Origin: Zootoca vivipara
Lineage: Eukaryota
DNA: 64,000 nt
Direction of reading: 5' to 3'
NCBI RefSeq assembly: GCF_963506605.1
Contig: NC_083277.1
Span: 4,588,001 to 4,652,000 of the forward strand
Positions within the stretch are counted from its first letter, which is position 1. Each line of letters opens with the position of its first letter. Under the pieces are notes generated by a model that saw only the letters and a list, made by a program, of their open reading frames with translations, searched no databases and had not been told where the DNA came from. A program made the position numbers and the translations under genes. Shown piece by piece: positions 40,672-52,410 of this stretch.

Positions 40672-43593
40672 GTGGGGGAGGGAGACAGTGGTCCTGAAGG
40701 TAGGAGTCTATCAAATGCTGAAGATGATCATCCAAATGTCAAGGACCAAATGGAGCAAGCAGCATGCAGACCTAGTGGTGGGACGAAAATATCCTTAAAT
40801 AAGAGACATGGGGGAATGATCAACGGTCTTCAATGTCTGTATACTAATGCACAGAGCATGGGAAATAAACAAGATGAACTTGAGCTCTTGGTACAGCAAA
40901 CTAAATATGACATAATAGGCATCACTGAAACCTGGTGGGATGAGTCTCATGACTGGAATGTAGTAATAGAGGGATACAATCTATTTAAGAGAAATAGACC
41001 AAACAGGAAAGGAGGAGGAGTAGCTTTATATGTTAGGGATATGTATACCTGTGAAGAGATCCAGGATTTAAAACTTCAAAGCCAAATTGAGAGTATCTGG
41101 GTCAAAATTAAGGGAGAGAAAAACAACAGTGATCTCATTGTGGGAGTTTACTATAGATCCCCAAGCCAAACTGAGGACACAGATGATGCCTTCCTGGAAC
41201 AGATGGCCAAGCATTCCAAAGGAAGTGAGATAGTAGTAATGGGGGATTTCAACTATCCTGATATTTGTTGGATGTCAAACTCAGCCAAGAGCATAAGGTC
41301 GAACAGATTCCTCACTGGCCTTGCAGACAACTTCATTGTCCAGAAAGTGGGAGAAGCAACAAGAGGATCAGCCATTTTAGATCTGGTCCTAACCAATAGT
41401 GATGACTTGGTTAGTGGGGTAGAAGTGGCAGGATCATTAGGTGGGAGTGACCATGCTCTTCTGGAGTTTATAATCCAGCGGAAAGGAGCAACCAAGCATA
41501 CTAAGGTCCAAATTCTAGACTTTAAGAAAGCCGACTTCAGAAAACTTAGGGAAACGCTGGGTGAAATCCCATGGACAGTAATACTAAAAGGGAAGGGAGT
41601 TCATGATGGTTGGGAGTTTGTTAAAAGGGAGATATTAAAAGCACAACTTCAGGCAATACCAATGAGACGGAAACATGGAAGGTGCCTAAAGAAGCCAGGC
41701 TGGCTATCTAAAGAACTTTTGACTGAGTTAAGATTTAAAAGGGATATGTACAAAAAATGGAAAAGGGGGGAAATCTCCAGAGAGGAATTCAAACATATAG
41801 CCAGCACGTGTAGAGACAAAGTCAGAAAAGCTAAAGCACAGAATGAACTCAGGCTCGCCAGAGAGGTTAAAAGCAACAAAAAGGGCTTTTATGGGTATGT
41901 CCGTAGCAAAAGGAAAAACAAGGAAACAGTGGGGTCACTCAGAGGAGAAGATGGTGAAATGCAAACAGGGGACAGAGAAAGGGCAGAACTCCTCAATGCC
42001 TTCTTTGCCTCAGTCTTCTCCAAGAAAGAAAACAACGCCCGACCTGAAGAATATGGAGCAGATGATTCAGCAGGGGAAACACAGCCCAGAATAAGTAAGG
42101 AGGTAGTACAAGAATACTTGGCTAGTTTAGATGTATTCAAGTCTCCAGGGCCAGATGAACTACATCCAAGAGTATTAAAAGAACTGGCAGAGGTGATTTC
42201 AGAACCACTGGCAATAATCTTTGAAAATTCCTGGAGAACAGGCAAAGTTCCAGCAGACTGGAGGAGGGCAAATGTTGTCCCTATTTTCAAAAAGGGGAAA
42301 AGAGAGGACCCAAACAATTACCGCCCAGTCAGCCTGACATCAATACCAGGAAAGATTCTAGAGCAGATCATTAAGCAAACAGTCTGTGAGCACCTAGAAA
42401 GAAACTCTGTGATCACTAAAAGTCAGCATGGGTTCCTGAAAAATAAGTCATGTCAGACTAATCTGATCTCATTTTTTGACAGAATTACAAGCCTGGTAGA
42501 TGAAGGGAACGCTGTGGATGTAGCCTATCTTGATTTCAGCAAGGCCTTTGACAAGGTGCCCCATGATATTCTTGTAAAGAAGCTGGTAAAATGTGGGCTA
42601 GACAATGCTACCATTCAGTGGATTTGTAGCTGGATTACTGACCGAACCCAAAGGGTGCTCATCAATGGCTCCTCCTCATCCTGGAGAGTAGTGACTAGTG
42701 GGGTGCCACAGGGTTCTGTCTTGGGCCCAGTCTTGTTCAACATCTTTATCAATGACTTGGATGATGGGCTTGAGGGAATCCTGAGCAAGTTTGCAGATGA
42801 CACCAAGTTGGGAGGGGTGGCTAACACCCCAGAGGACAGGATCACACTTCAGAATGACCTTAACAGATTAGACAACTGGGCCAAAGCAAACAAGATGAAT
42901 TTTAACAAGGAGAAATGTAAAGTACTACACTTGGGCAAAAAAAATGAAAGGCACAAATACAGGATGGGAGACACCTGGCTTGAGAGCAGTACATGTGAAA
43001 AGGATCTAGGAGTTTTGGTTGACCACAAACTTGACATGAGTCAGCAGTGTGATGCAGCAGCTAAAAAAGCCAATGCAATTCTGGGCTGCATCAATAGGAG
43101 TATAGCATCTAGATCAAGGGAAGTAATAGTACCACTGTATTCTGCTCTGGTCAGACCTCACCTGGAGTATTGTGTCCAGTTCTGGGCACCACAGTTCAAG
43201 AAGGATACTGATAAGCTGGAACGTGTCCAGAAGAGGGCAACCAAAATGGTCAAAGGCCTGGAAACGATGCCTTATGAGGAACGGCTTAGGGAGCTGGGTA
43301 TGTTTAGCCTGGAGAAGAGAAGGTTAAGGGGTGATATGATAACCATGTTCAAATATATAAAAGGATGTCATATAAAGGAGGGAGAAAGGTTGTTTTCTGC
43401 TGCTCCAGAGAAGCGGACACGGAGCAACGGATTCAAACTACAAGAAAGAAAATTCCACCTAAACATTAGGAAGAACTTCCTGACAGTAAGAGCTGTTCGG
43501 CAGTGGAATTTGCTGCCAAGGAGTGTGGTGGAGTCTCCTTCTTTGGAGGTCTTTAAGCAGAGGCTTGACAGCCATCTGTCAGGAATGCTTTGA
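40672..43593 (+). CDS. CR1 ORF2: apurinic-like endonuclease plus reverse transcriptase (973 aa, uninterrupted; true start uncertain)
   Basis: YTNAQS, ITETWW, MGDFN and SDH (endonuclease); [19 protein letters not shown] and FADD (RT). Confidence 0.97.
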   Translation: MGEGDSGPEGRSLSNAEDDHPNVKDQMEQAACRPSGGTKISLNKRHGGMINGLQCLYTNAQSMGNKQDELELLVQQTKYDIIGITETWWDESHDWNVVIEGYNLFKRNRPNRKGGGVALYVRDMYTCEEIQDLKLQSQIESIWVKIKGEKNNSDLIVGVYYRSPSQTEDTDDAFLEQMAKHSKGSEIVVMGDFNYPDICWMSNSAKSIRSNRFLTGLADNFIVQKVGEATRGSAILDLVLTNSDDLVSGVEVAGSLGGSDHALLEFIIQRKGATKHTKVQILDFKKADFRKLRETLGEIPWTVILKGKGVHDGWEFVKREILKAQLQAIPMRRKHGRCLKKPGWLSKELLTELRFKRDMYKKWKRGEISREEFKHIASTCRDKVRKAKAQNELRLAREVKSNKKGFYGYVRSKRKNKETVGSLRGEDGEMQTGDRERAELLNAFFASVFSKKENNARPEEYGADDSAGETQPRISKEVVQEYLASLDVFKSPGPDELHPRVLKELAEVISEPLAIIFENSWRTGKVPADWRRANVVPIFKKGKREDPNNYRPVSLTSIPGKILEQIIKQTVCEHLERNSVITKSQHGFLKNKSCQTNLISFFDRITSLVDEGNAVDVAYLDFSKAFDKVPHDILVKKLVKCGLDNATIQWICSWITDRTQRVLINGSSSSWRVVTSGVPQGSVLGPVLFNIFINDLDDGLEGILSKFADDTKLGGVANTPEDRITLQNDLNRLDNWAKANKMNFNKEKCKVLHLGKKNERHKYRMGDTWLESSTCEKDLGVLVDHKLDMSQQCDAAAKKANAILGCINRSIASRSREVIVPLYSALVRPHLEYCVQFWAPQFKKDTDKLERVQKRATKMVKGLETMPYEERLRELGMFSLEKRRLRGDMITMFKYIKGCHIKEGERLFSAAPEKRTRSNGFKLQERKFHLNIRKNFLTVRAVRQWNLLPRSVVESPSLEVFKQRLDSHLSGML

Positions 43594-43862
43594 TGGTGTT
43601 TCCTGCTTGGCAGGGGGTTGGACTGGATGGCCCTTGTGGTCTCTTCCAACTCTATGATTCTATGATTCTATGAAGCTGTAGGTTCCTGGGAGGGAGGAAG
43701 AAGGAAAGGGAGCCTCAGAGGCCATGCAGGGATTCTCCTGCCCAAAACATTCTGTAGCCTCTAGAGAAGGGGAAGGGGAAGGAGAAGCAGGAGAAGGAGA
43801 AAGATGAATAAAATATGGTGGGGACAGGCAAGCCCCGCACTGAAGATATCTCGCCTTGCACT

Positions 43863-44105
43863 AGGTAAAGGGACCCCTGACCATTAGGTCCAGTCGTGAC
43901 TGACTCTGGGGTTGCAGCACTCATCTCGCTTTACTAGCCGAGGGAGCTGGCATTCAGCTTCCAGATCATGTGGCCAGCATGACAAAGCCACTTCTGGCGA
44001 ACCAGAGCAGTGCACAGAAACGCCATTTACCTTCCCGATGTAGCGGTTCCTATTTATCTACTTGCATTTTGACGTGCTTTCGAACTGCTAGGTTGGCAGG
44101 AGCTA
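43863..44105 (+). mobile_element. Sauria SINE (partial), inverted duplicate of 45788-46032
   Basis: ggtaaagggacccctgaccattaggtccagtc head, with the same unique flank as the 46032 copy. Confidence 0.85.
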
Positions 44106-45196
44106 CTTAACCTGAAGCAAACTTTCCCATTGAAAGTAATGGAAAGTGGATTAATCCGTTCCAGACGGGTCCATGGATTACTTAAACTGAAAGTACTCAA
44201 ACCGAAGTGTACTTAAACCGAGGCATGACTGTATTGTTATTATTATTATTATTACCCCAGCCTCTGGTTGGGTTTCCCTAGTCACTCTGGGTAGCTTATA
44301 GTATCTAAACAATATAAAAATAAAAACATTATAAAGCTCCCGATACAGGGCGGCCTTCAGATGTCTTCTAAAAGCTACATACAGCCAATCAGAAGCCGCG
44401 CTTTGCTTTCCGAATGTTTTGGAAGTCAAATGGACTTCCGGAATGGATTCCGTTCGACTTCCAAGGTACAACTTTAGTTGTATTATTTCAATTGATTTTG
44501 TTTGATTTGCTTACTGCAAACAGCTGGAAGTCTGTAAACTTTGATAATAAACCTGATTTGCAATGGGGATTGAATAATTTGATTGCAAGGTGTATATAAA
44601 TTTATTTGGAGAGGCCCAAGGGAGCTTTCTTAAAAATATGGGCAACACACACTTCTGCAAAATCACACATTCAATAAAGAGAAAAGTGGGGCCCTTTGCA
44701 CCCTGCAAAATATTTTTCTGTCTAGAATTATTACTGTCATTCATTTCATTTTCATACTGCTTTATATGAATGGCTTTATACACTGAAATGGTTTTATATT
44801 ATATAAAAAAATCTCAGAGCGGTTTGCAACACATTAAAATAATAAAGTTCAGAATAAAACATTACTGAGGAAAGTGATATATAAAGTACACATTCAAAGC
44901 AACGTAGATTATCTTAAAAAATTTCAAAAGAAAACATTAAAGGAGGAGGGCAACTCCACCTCCCTACCCCACCCCTTGCTCATTTGTAAAGACCCTATCC
45001 TTTCTCTCGATCGCCTTCCAGGAGGACAAAGCGGGGCTCCAGGGCCTCTTCCCCTTCTTTGCAGCTGAAAAATCATGCAAGAGAAGCGAAAGCAAAAACT
45101 CAGATCGAGAAGGGCCTCCCCGTCTTCATGACCCAAAGTCAACGCGCCCCCTCCAGAAATAAAGGGGAGGGGGGTCCCTTCTGCTTCTGATCCCAC

Positions 45197-45551
45197 ACTT
45201 ACCAGCTTTTGCAAAGTGCGCTTCAGAGGCTTTTGCGCGCCGACCACGCTGCAAATCTTGCAAATCTTTCCCGCCTATCAACAGAGGCAGCCGGCCTCCC
45301 GCTTTGCAGCAGCTGCAAGGGAGCCTGGGAGATAAAGTGCTGCTGGGAATTGTAGTCTCTTATTGCCAAAAAAACCCCACAAAGACAAAGAGGTTTCTGG
45401 GAAGTGTAGCCTGTTCCGTTCTTCAAGCATTTCTCCCCGCCCACAGGGGGCTGGTTGGTGGGCAGGAAGGGACCGGCGGAAACATCGCAAGATCTGCTGC
45501 GTCGTCTGCGCGCAAAAGCCCCCGAAGCACACTCTGCAAAAGCTAGTAAGT
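45197..45551. promoter_or_regulatory. Bidirectional CpG promoter with inverted homologous first exons (copy B)
   Basis: Paralog of 18782-19097; donors at 45197-45202 (-) and 45546-45551 (+); ZNF143-type motif 45341-45357 and a weaker one at ~45395-45410. Confidence 0.7.
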
Positions 45552-45687
45552 GGCCAGATCAGAAGCAGAAGGGGCTTCCTTTATTTCTGGAGGGGGGGGG
45601 GGGCGCGCTCAGCTTGGAGACGGGGAGGGAAGGAAGAAGTGTCCGATCCCCACTTTCTCCTTCTGGGTGTGACTGATAGGGTCCTAT

Positions 45688-46032
45688 CAGGTGGCGCTGT
45701 GGGTTAAACCACAGAGCCTAGGGCTTGCCGATCAGAAGGTCAGCGGTTCGAATCCTCACAACCGGGGTGAGCTCCCGTTGCTCGGTCCCAGCTCTTGCCA
45801 ACCTAGCAGTTCGAAAGCACATCAAAGTGCAAGTAGATAAATAGGAACCGCTCCAAGCCGGAAGGTAAATGGCGTTTCCGTGTGTTGCTCTGGTTCGCCA
45901 GAAGCGGCTTTGTCATGCTGGCCACATGACCTGGAAGCTGTACGCTGGCTCCCTCGGCCAGTAAAGCGAGATGAGCGCCGCAACCCCAGAGTCAGTCACG
46001 ACTGGACCTAATGGTCAGGGGTCCCTTTACCT
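45688..46032 (-). mobile_element. Sauria SINE
   Basis: Near full-length reverse complement of 53648-53997. Confidence 0.9.
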
Positions 46033-47018
46033 AGTGCAAGGCGAGATATCTTCAGTGCGGGGCTTGCCTGTCCCCACCATATTTTATTCAAGTTTGCACC
46101 CCTGGGGAGCAGAGAGAGAGACGTGTCATTTGGTAGAAAAGGCTCCATCTTGGGCACTGGCGGGGAAATCTCTGGAGGGGCCGCCTTGGCTTCTCCCTCC
46201 TGCCCAGGAATCTCCTTAAAGTCACTTCTATAAATGGGGGAAGGGGTCCCAATTCCTTTCTCCCTCTTCCTACTTAGAAACTGCTCCTCCCTTGGGGACT
46301 GGGGGCTCCCAAGGTAGGATGCTGCATGACCCCGAATTAGACCATTGGTTCACCTGGGTCACTATTGCTGGCTGGCTGGCCACCCTGAGGCCAGGAGGCT
46401 GGACTAGGTGCTCCATTTGGCCTGATCCAGCAGGACTCTGGTGATGTTCTTAAGAGGAAAGGAGTGTTTTTTAATGGTGGCGTGGGGAAGATCCTCTTTC
46501 GGGCATGACTCTGCAGGGGTTCAGGTGGAAGTCACCCTTCTTTTCCTGTAGGAGGAGTTGCTAGGGTGCCACTTAGGGAGGGAAATCTCTGGGGGGGGTC
46601 TGGGGCTGCCTCCCCCCCCCCAGGACATCACAACTTGTTTAGACTTTGGGCTCTGCATAATAGTTTAAAAGAGGCTGGATCTGCAATCATCATCACTATC
46701 CGAGGCTGGGAGAGGTGCTGATTTCCAAGGGACTGTGGGTGGAGAAGGAGAAATGGATGGATGGGGGCTGGAGGGGAACCCTCCCCCCAAGCAGAAAAGT
46801 CAAGAAAGCCCTGGATGGAGGAAGGGAGGGGAACAGTCATCTCCAAAGTCTCTCACCTGGTGCATGTTTTGGGTGTCCAAAGAGGAGGAATATGCAGAGC
46901 AAACACTGTGCAGATTTACTCACAAGTAAACCCTGGCGGGGAGGGCACAGATTGAATTGGTATCACACAAAAAGACTTTAAAAATGGGGCTCCTTTTTGG
47001 AAGGGGGTACCCCATTTG

Positions 47019-47258
47019 GAGAGTCTGTGTGGTGTAGTGGTTAAGTGCGGTAGACTCGTAATCTGGGGAACCGGGTTCGCGTCTCCGCTCCTCCACAGGC
47101 AGCTGCTGGGTGACCTTGGGCTAGTCCCACTTCTCTGAAGTCTCTCAGCCTCACTCACCTCACAGAGTGTCTGTTGTGGGGGAGGAAGGGAAAGGAGAAT
47201 GTTAGCCACTTTGAGACTCCTTAGGGTAGTGATAAAGCGGGATATCAAATCCAAATTC
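47019..47258 (+). mobile_element. tRNA-headed SINE
   Basis: A box tggtgtagtgg and B box gggttcgcgtc; absent from paralogous introns (e.g. ~22370). Confidence 0.75.
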
Positions 47259-47380
47259 TTCTCTTTCTCCTTCTCTTGCTTCTCCTTCCCCTTCCCCTTC
47301 TCTAGAGGCTGCAGAATGTTTTGGGCAGGAGAATCCCTGAATGGCCTCTGAGGCTCCCTTTCCTTCTTCTTCCCTCCCAG

Positions 47381-47543
47381 GAACCTGCAGCTTCTGAGCT
47401 CCACAGGAAGGACCAAAGAGGCTGAACCTGAAAACCTAGCAAGGATGGAAGGAGGAAGATGGACAGTTGACCTTATCAGACTGCCTCCTGCATCCTCCCC
47501 AAGAACCTCTGGGCATTTTCTCCCAGGGCCCTCAGAGACATCT
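47381..47543 (+). CDS. N-terminal exon of the 13-finger ZNF gene (ATG at 47445, MEGGRWTVDLIRLPP...)
   Basis: Acceptor ttcttccctcccAG; phase-1 donor G/GTGAGT; further 5'-altered tandem copies at ~49014-49152 and ~50969-51107. Confidence 0.7.
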
Positions 47544-49677
47544 GGTGAGTTCCAGGGGAATGGAGATAGGGACATAAATGGATCAATAGATGGATGGCGA
47601 AGAAGAAAACCTTTTCCCAGGCTTTTGAGTTTTAGGTGCTATTTCCACTGCAGGGGATTGCACAAGAGAGCCTGTGGGGTCTCTTCCAAGTTTGCATAGA
47701 ATTTCTCATATACGACCCTTCATCTAAGCATCACTGCACAGATTACAATATAAAAAACAGAAAACCTGGCTTGCCAGTAGTTCATGTCTCAAGACCTTAG
47801 TAGACCACAAGCTTAACATGATCAAGGGACTGGAAACCAAGCCTTATGAGGAATAGCTGAGGAAGCTGGGTTTGCTTAGCCTGGATAAAAGGAGACTGGG
47901 AAGAGATATGCCATCTTCAGATATCTATCTAAAGTGCTGTCACGTGAAGATGGAGCAAGCTGGTTATCTTCATCTCTGGAGGGTAGGAGCTGATCCAATG
48001 GATTCAAATTACAAGAAATGTGAATCCAGCTAAACAGTAGAACAGGCACCCTCTGAAAGTGGTGGACTCTCCTCCTTTGGGGGCTTTTAAGCAGAGGTTA
48101 GATGCTTAAGTCGAGATTGCTGCATTGCAGAAATTTTGACAAGAGGACCCTCGGGGTCTCTTCCAAGTGTACATAGAATTGTTCATATACCACCCTTCAT
48201 CTAAGCATCACAGAAAATAGAAAAATACATAACATTCTAACAACCGAAACAGTACACCCACCCACACAATTTAAAGAGACAGAGATGAGCCCACAGGAAA
48301 GTTTACATAGAATTTCTCATAGAATTTCTTCATCTAAACATCGCTGCACAGATTACAATATAAAAACAGAAAACAGGGCCTTAGTAGACCACAAGCTTAA
48401 CATGATGAAATGAGCGCAAGTTGTAGGACACAACATACAATTTGAGAACTGGGGAAAATTGTGGAAAATAAATTTAAAATGTACTGATTGTTCTTTGCTG
48501 AAGGAAAATTATATGAAAATGATGTATAGATGGTATATTACACCTGCTAAAGTGGGAATCGTGTATAAAACTGGATCAAATAAATCAAACATGTGGTGGG
48601 AATGTAGAGAAGTTTAAAAAAATTGGGAGATGATATATAATGAACTGAAAAAAAATGTTTAAAAGAACATTTGTTAAAAAACCAGAAGCATTTTGTTAGG
48701 GATTCTAAAGAAGAATGGGATTTGTTTATTTTTACCAATTACTTAAAAAGACAACAAAATGAACTGGACTCCTTAGGAGGTTTTGAATAAACACCCACAA
48801 TTTATTAGTAGAATATAGGGTAGATAAGGTGAAAATATGTACAATTTGATAATATGCAGAGAAAACCGTGTGAGAATAAAAGGGGGGGAGTTGAGGGAAG
48901 TCTTGGGAAGGGGGGAGGAAGGGAGGGGAGGGGATAAAAGGGGGGGAAATGTAATTGACAATGTGATAGATAATGTATTCTTTTAAATTTGTTTAATAAA
49001 AACTTTTAAAAAAGGAAGGTTGAAAGCGGCTGAACCTGCAAACCGAGCAAGGATGGAAGGAGGAAGATGGACAGTTGACCTTATTAGACTGCCTCCTGCA
49101 TCCCTCCCCAAAACCTCTGAGCATTTTTTCCCAGGGCCCTCAGAGACATCTGGTGAGTTCCAGGGGAGTGGAGACAGGGACACAGATAGATGGATGGTGA
49201 AGAGGAAATCCTTTTCCAAGGCTTTTGAGTTTTAGGTGCTCTTTCCACTGCAGGGTATTGCACAAGAGAGCCTGTGGGGTCTCTTCCAAGTTTCCATAGA
49301 ATTTATCATATACTACCTTTCATCTAAGCATCGCTGCACAGCTCACAATATTAAAACAGAAAACCTGGCTTGCTAGTAGTACATGACTCAGGGCCTTAGT
49401 AGACCACAAGCTTAACACGATCAAATGGGCACAAGATGTAGGACACAACATACAATTTGAGGACTGGGGATAATTGTGGAAAGTAAATTTGATTGTTCTC
49501 TCCTGAAGGAAAATTATATGAAAATGATGTAGAGATAGTATATTACACCTGCTAAAGTGGCAAACATGTATAAAACTGGATCAAATAAATGTTGGAAATG
49601 TAAGGAAAAGGAGGGAACTTTTTACCATATGTGGTGGGAATGTAGAGAAGTTTAAAAAATTGGGAGATGATATATAA

Positions 49678-49745
49678 CTAGTGTCGTTCAGCCCGTTTAG
49701 AAAACAGGCGCTAGGGGATATGTGAGAGGAGCAGCGGGGCCGCGG

Positions 49746-49789
<44 letters not shown>

Positions 49790-50406
49790 GCTCGGCTGCG
49801 GGGCGCGCCAGGAACGCAAGTAAACAAACTCGCTATCCCGTCGTGCCCCGCAGCTGAGTGCAGAGAGGGAGGGAAGGCTGCGGCCTCGTCGCTCGTCTCA
49901 TGGGCTCCTCCGTCGAGCGCGCGAGGGGAAGGCACGAGGGGAGGCGGAGTCCGGCGCCTGGGCCTAGCCGCCTCCCTCAGCCATGGTGCGCTTCGTCGCA
50001 GGCTTCGCCTACGATGACGACGGGGAAAGCCTGGCCGCCGGAGCCGCAGCAGCAGGAGCCGGAGCCCGGGGACTGGGAGGCTTCGGCGGGGGTGACCGGC
50101 TGGCCCGTCAGCAGGAGCACCACTACCAGCTCAAACGGGAAGCGACAGGAAGGAGACATCCCGGGGTTTGGAGAAGCGCTTGCTGGACGCACACACGTGC
50201 GCGCTCCCCCCCCCCCCGCCAACGCTCAGTCCAGCCAGGAGCGGCGGTTGGCAGCCGCAGGGAAACGGTAGGTGGGGGGGAGAGTGCACGTGTGTGTGCG
50301 TCCAGTCTCTGCTGTCCAATCCCTGTGTCCCTGGGGCCCATGTGCAGTAACCCAGGGACACACGGGAAAACTGGACGCAGAGACACTTGGACTTTATTAT
50401 ATAGGA
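49678..50406 (-). mobile_element. Non-autonomous Helitron (729 bp) carrying a captured host gene fragment
   Basis: The minus strand starts TCCTATATAATAAA and ends ...ACACTAG. Subterminal hairpin gcccgttt-aga-aaacaggc at 49691-49709. Inserted between A and T with no TSD; empty site gatatataa|tgaactg in the paralog at ~48631-48646. Confidence 0.92.
49983..50132 (+). pseudogene. DGCR6: Captured 5' coding fragment resembling DGCR6 exon 1, preceded by a CpG-island-like 5' region (~49735-49982)
   Basis: Kozak cagccATGG; MVRFVAGFAY...DRLARQQEHHYQL versus the recalled DGCR6 N-terminus MERYAG...ARQQERHYQLL; similarity stops after HYQL. Confidence 0.7.
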
Positions 50407-51260
50407 TGAGCTGAAAAAAATGTTTAAAAGAACATTGTTAAAAAACCAGAAGCATTTTTGTTAGGGATTCTAGGGCAAGACCTGTGAAGGAAATCAAGGA
50501 ACCTATTTATGTAGTATGCTAGAACAGTGCCGAGAGTTTTGTTCGCAAAGGTATGGAAGACTGAGGAAATCCCTATGAAAGAGCAATGGCAAGAAAAATT
50601 GATGAGTTATGAGGAACTGGCAAAGCTGAGATACAAACTGTGAGAGAAGGACAACCATGAGTTTAAAGAAAAATGGGATTTTTAAAAGAAATTACTTAAC
50701 GACATCAAAACAAATAGGACTCCTTAGCAGGTTTTGAATAAACACCCATAATTTATTAGTAGAATATAGGGTAGATAAGGTGAAGATATGTACAATTTGA
50801 TAACATGCAGAGTAAACCGTGTGAGAGAAAAAAGGGGGGGAGTTGAGGGAAGTATTGGGAAGGAGGGACGGAGAGGAGGGGAGGGGATAAAAAGGGGAGG
50901 AAATGTAATTGACAATGTGATAGATAATGTATTATTTTAAAAATTGTTCAATAAAAACTTTTTAAAAAGGAAGGATGAAAGTGGCTGAACCTGCAAACCT
51001 AGCAAGGATGGAAGGAGGGCGATGGACAGTTGACCTTATCAGACTGCCTCCTGCATCCCTCCCCACAACCTCTGAGCATTTTCTCCCAGGGCCCTCAGAG
51101 ACATCTGGTGAGTTCCAGGGGAGTGGCGATGGGGACATAAATGGATCAATAGATGGTGAAGAGGAAAACCTTTTCCCAGGCATTTGAATTGTAGGTGCTA
51201 TTTCCTCTGCAGGACTCCTGGATAGTTGCTGGTCTCCCCTTCTTAGGCAAGGTTCTTGAC

Positions 51261-51392
51261 CAGCCATCCCCAAACTTCGGACCTCCAGATGTTTTGGACC
51301 ACAATTCCTCTCACCCCTGACCACTGGTCCTGCTAGGTATCATGGGAGTTGTAGGGCAAAACATCTGGAGGGCCGCAGTTTGGGGATGCCTG
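51261..51392. mobile_element. hAT-type MITE (same family as 1392-1527)
   Basis: TIRs; 8-bp TSD ttcttgac. Confidence 0.9.
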
Positions 51393-52410
51393 TTCTTGAC
51401 CGTATGGTTGCAGACAAGATCCAGGTGGCCTTTTAGGAAGCTGATTTTCTAGGTCCATTTTAATTGGATTTTGGACCAGTTTTGTCCCAGAAACTGCTTT
51501 GGTTGCCCTGTATGATGACCTCTGTTGGGAAAGAGGCAGCAGAACCGTGACCCTACTAATTCTCCTTGTCCTCTCAGCAACTTTCGATTCCCTCTACCAT
51601 GGTATCCTTCTAGAGCAGCTAGAATAACCAGCTGCACATATATAAGATGGAGGACACCTGGGTTGCCAGTAGTCCAAGTCTCAGGGCCTTAGTAGACCAC
51701 AAGCTTAACATGATCAAGGGATTGGAAACCAAGCCTTATGAGGAATAGCTGAGGAAGCTTGGTTTGCGTAAAAGGAGACTGGGAAAAAGGAGACTGGGAA
51801 GAGATATGCCATCTTCAGATATCTATCTTCACGTGAAGATGGAGCAAGCTGGTTATCTTCATCTCTGGAGGGTAGGAGCTGATCCAATGGATTCAGATTA
51901 CAAGAAATGTGAATCCAGCTAAACAGCAGAACAGACACCCTCTGAAAGTGGTGGACTCTCCTCCTTTGGGGGCTTTTAAGCAGAGGTTAGATGCAGATTC
52001 GAGATTGCTGCATTGCAGAAGTTTGGACAAGAGGACCCTCGGGGTCTCTTCCAAGTGTACATAGAATTGTTCATATACCACCCTTCATCTAAGCATCACA
52101 GAAAATAGAAAAATACATAACATTGTAAAAACCGAAACAGAACCCCCTCCCCTGCAAATTTAAAGAGATGATTTAATTAGGCAGAAGCCTGGGAAAAGAG
52201 GAAAGTTTTAATTTGCTGCCTTAATTGTAACACTTGGCATTATTATAATTTGACATTATTTTCGCTGCATTCCTTAAAAAATGGAATATAAAAAGGAAAA
52301 GGGAGAACGTAAGAGATATTGAAATAAGAGGTGCTATTTGCACCAGATGTGTGTTGTGTTACTTCTTCCTCTTCCTTGGAAGCCTAACAGCATTTTCTTT
52401 CCTCCCCAAG

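Larger units (their letters stand above)
40033..43672 (+). mobile_element. CR1 LINE, ~3.64 kb, with partial ORF1 and intact ORF2
   Basis: ORF1 esterase part, ORF2 endonuclease plus RT, short 3'UTR and (attctatg)n tail; no clear TSD. Confidence 0.97.
39883..43686 (-). pseudogene. N-terminal ZNF exon split by a long CR1 (pieces ~39883-40032 and ~43673-43686); ATG mutated to ACG
   Basis: The paralogous exon sequence cctgaggagct|gaagctg flanks the CR1; it reads ARTEGGGWRVDLVRLPP. Confidence 0.8.
49470..50965 (+). mobile_element. L1 LINE 3' fragment (host of the Helitron)
   Basis: [19 protein letters not shown] zinc knuckle, ARVLFAKVWK..., G-rich 3'UTR and aataaa. Confidence 0.8.

Noticed and set aside
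49983-50414. 143-aa ORF as a real gene, or as CACNA1B (MVRF start)
   Set aside because: Only the first ~50 codons look gene-derived and they fit DGCR6 better; the rest runs through the Helitron arm
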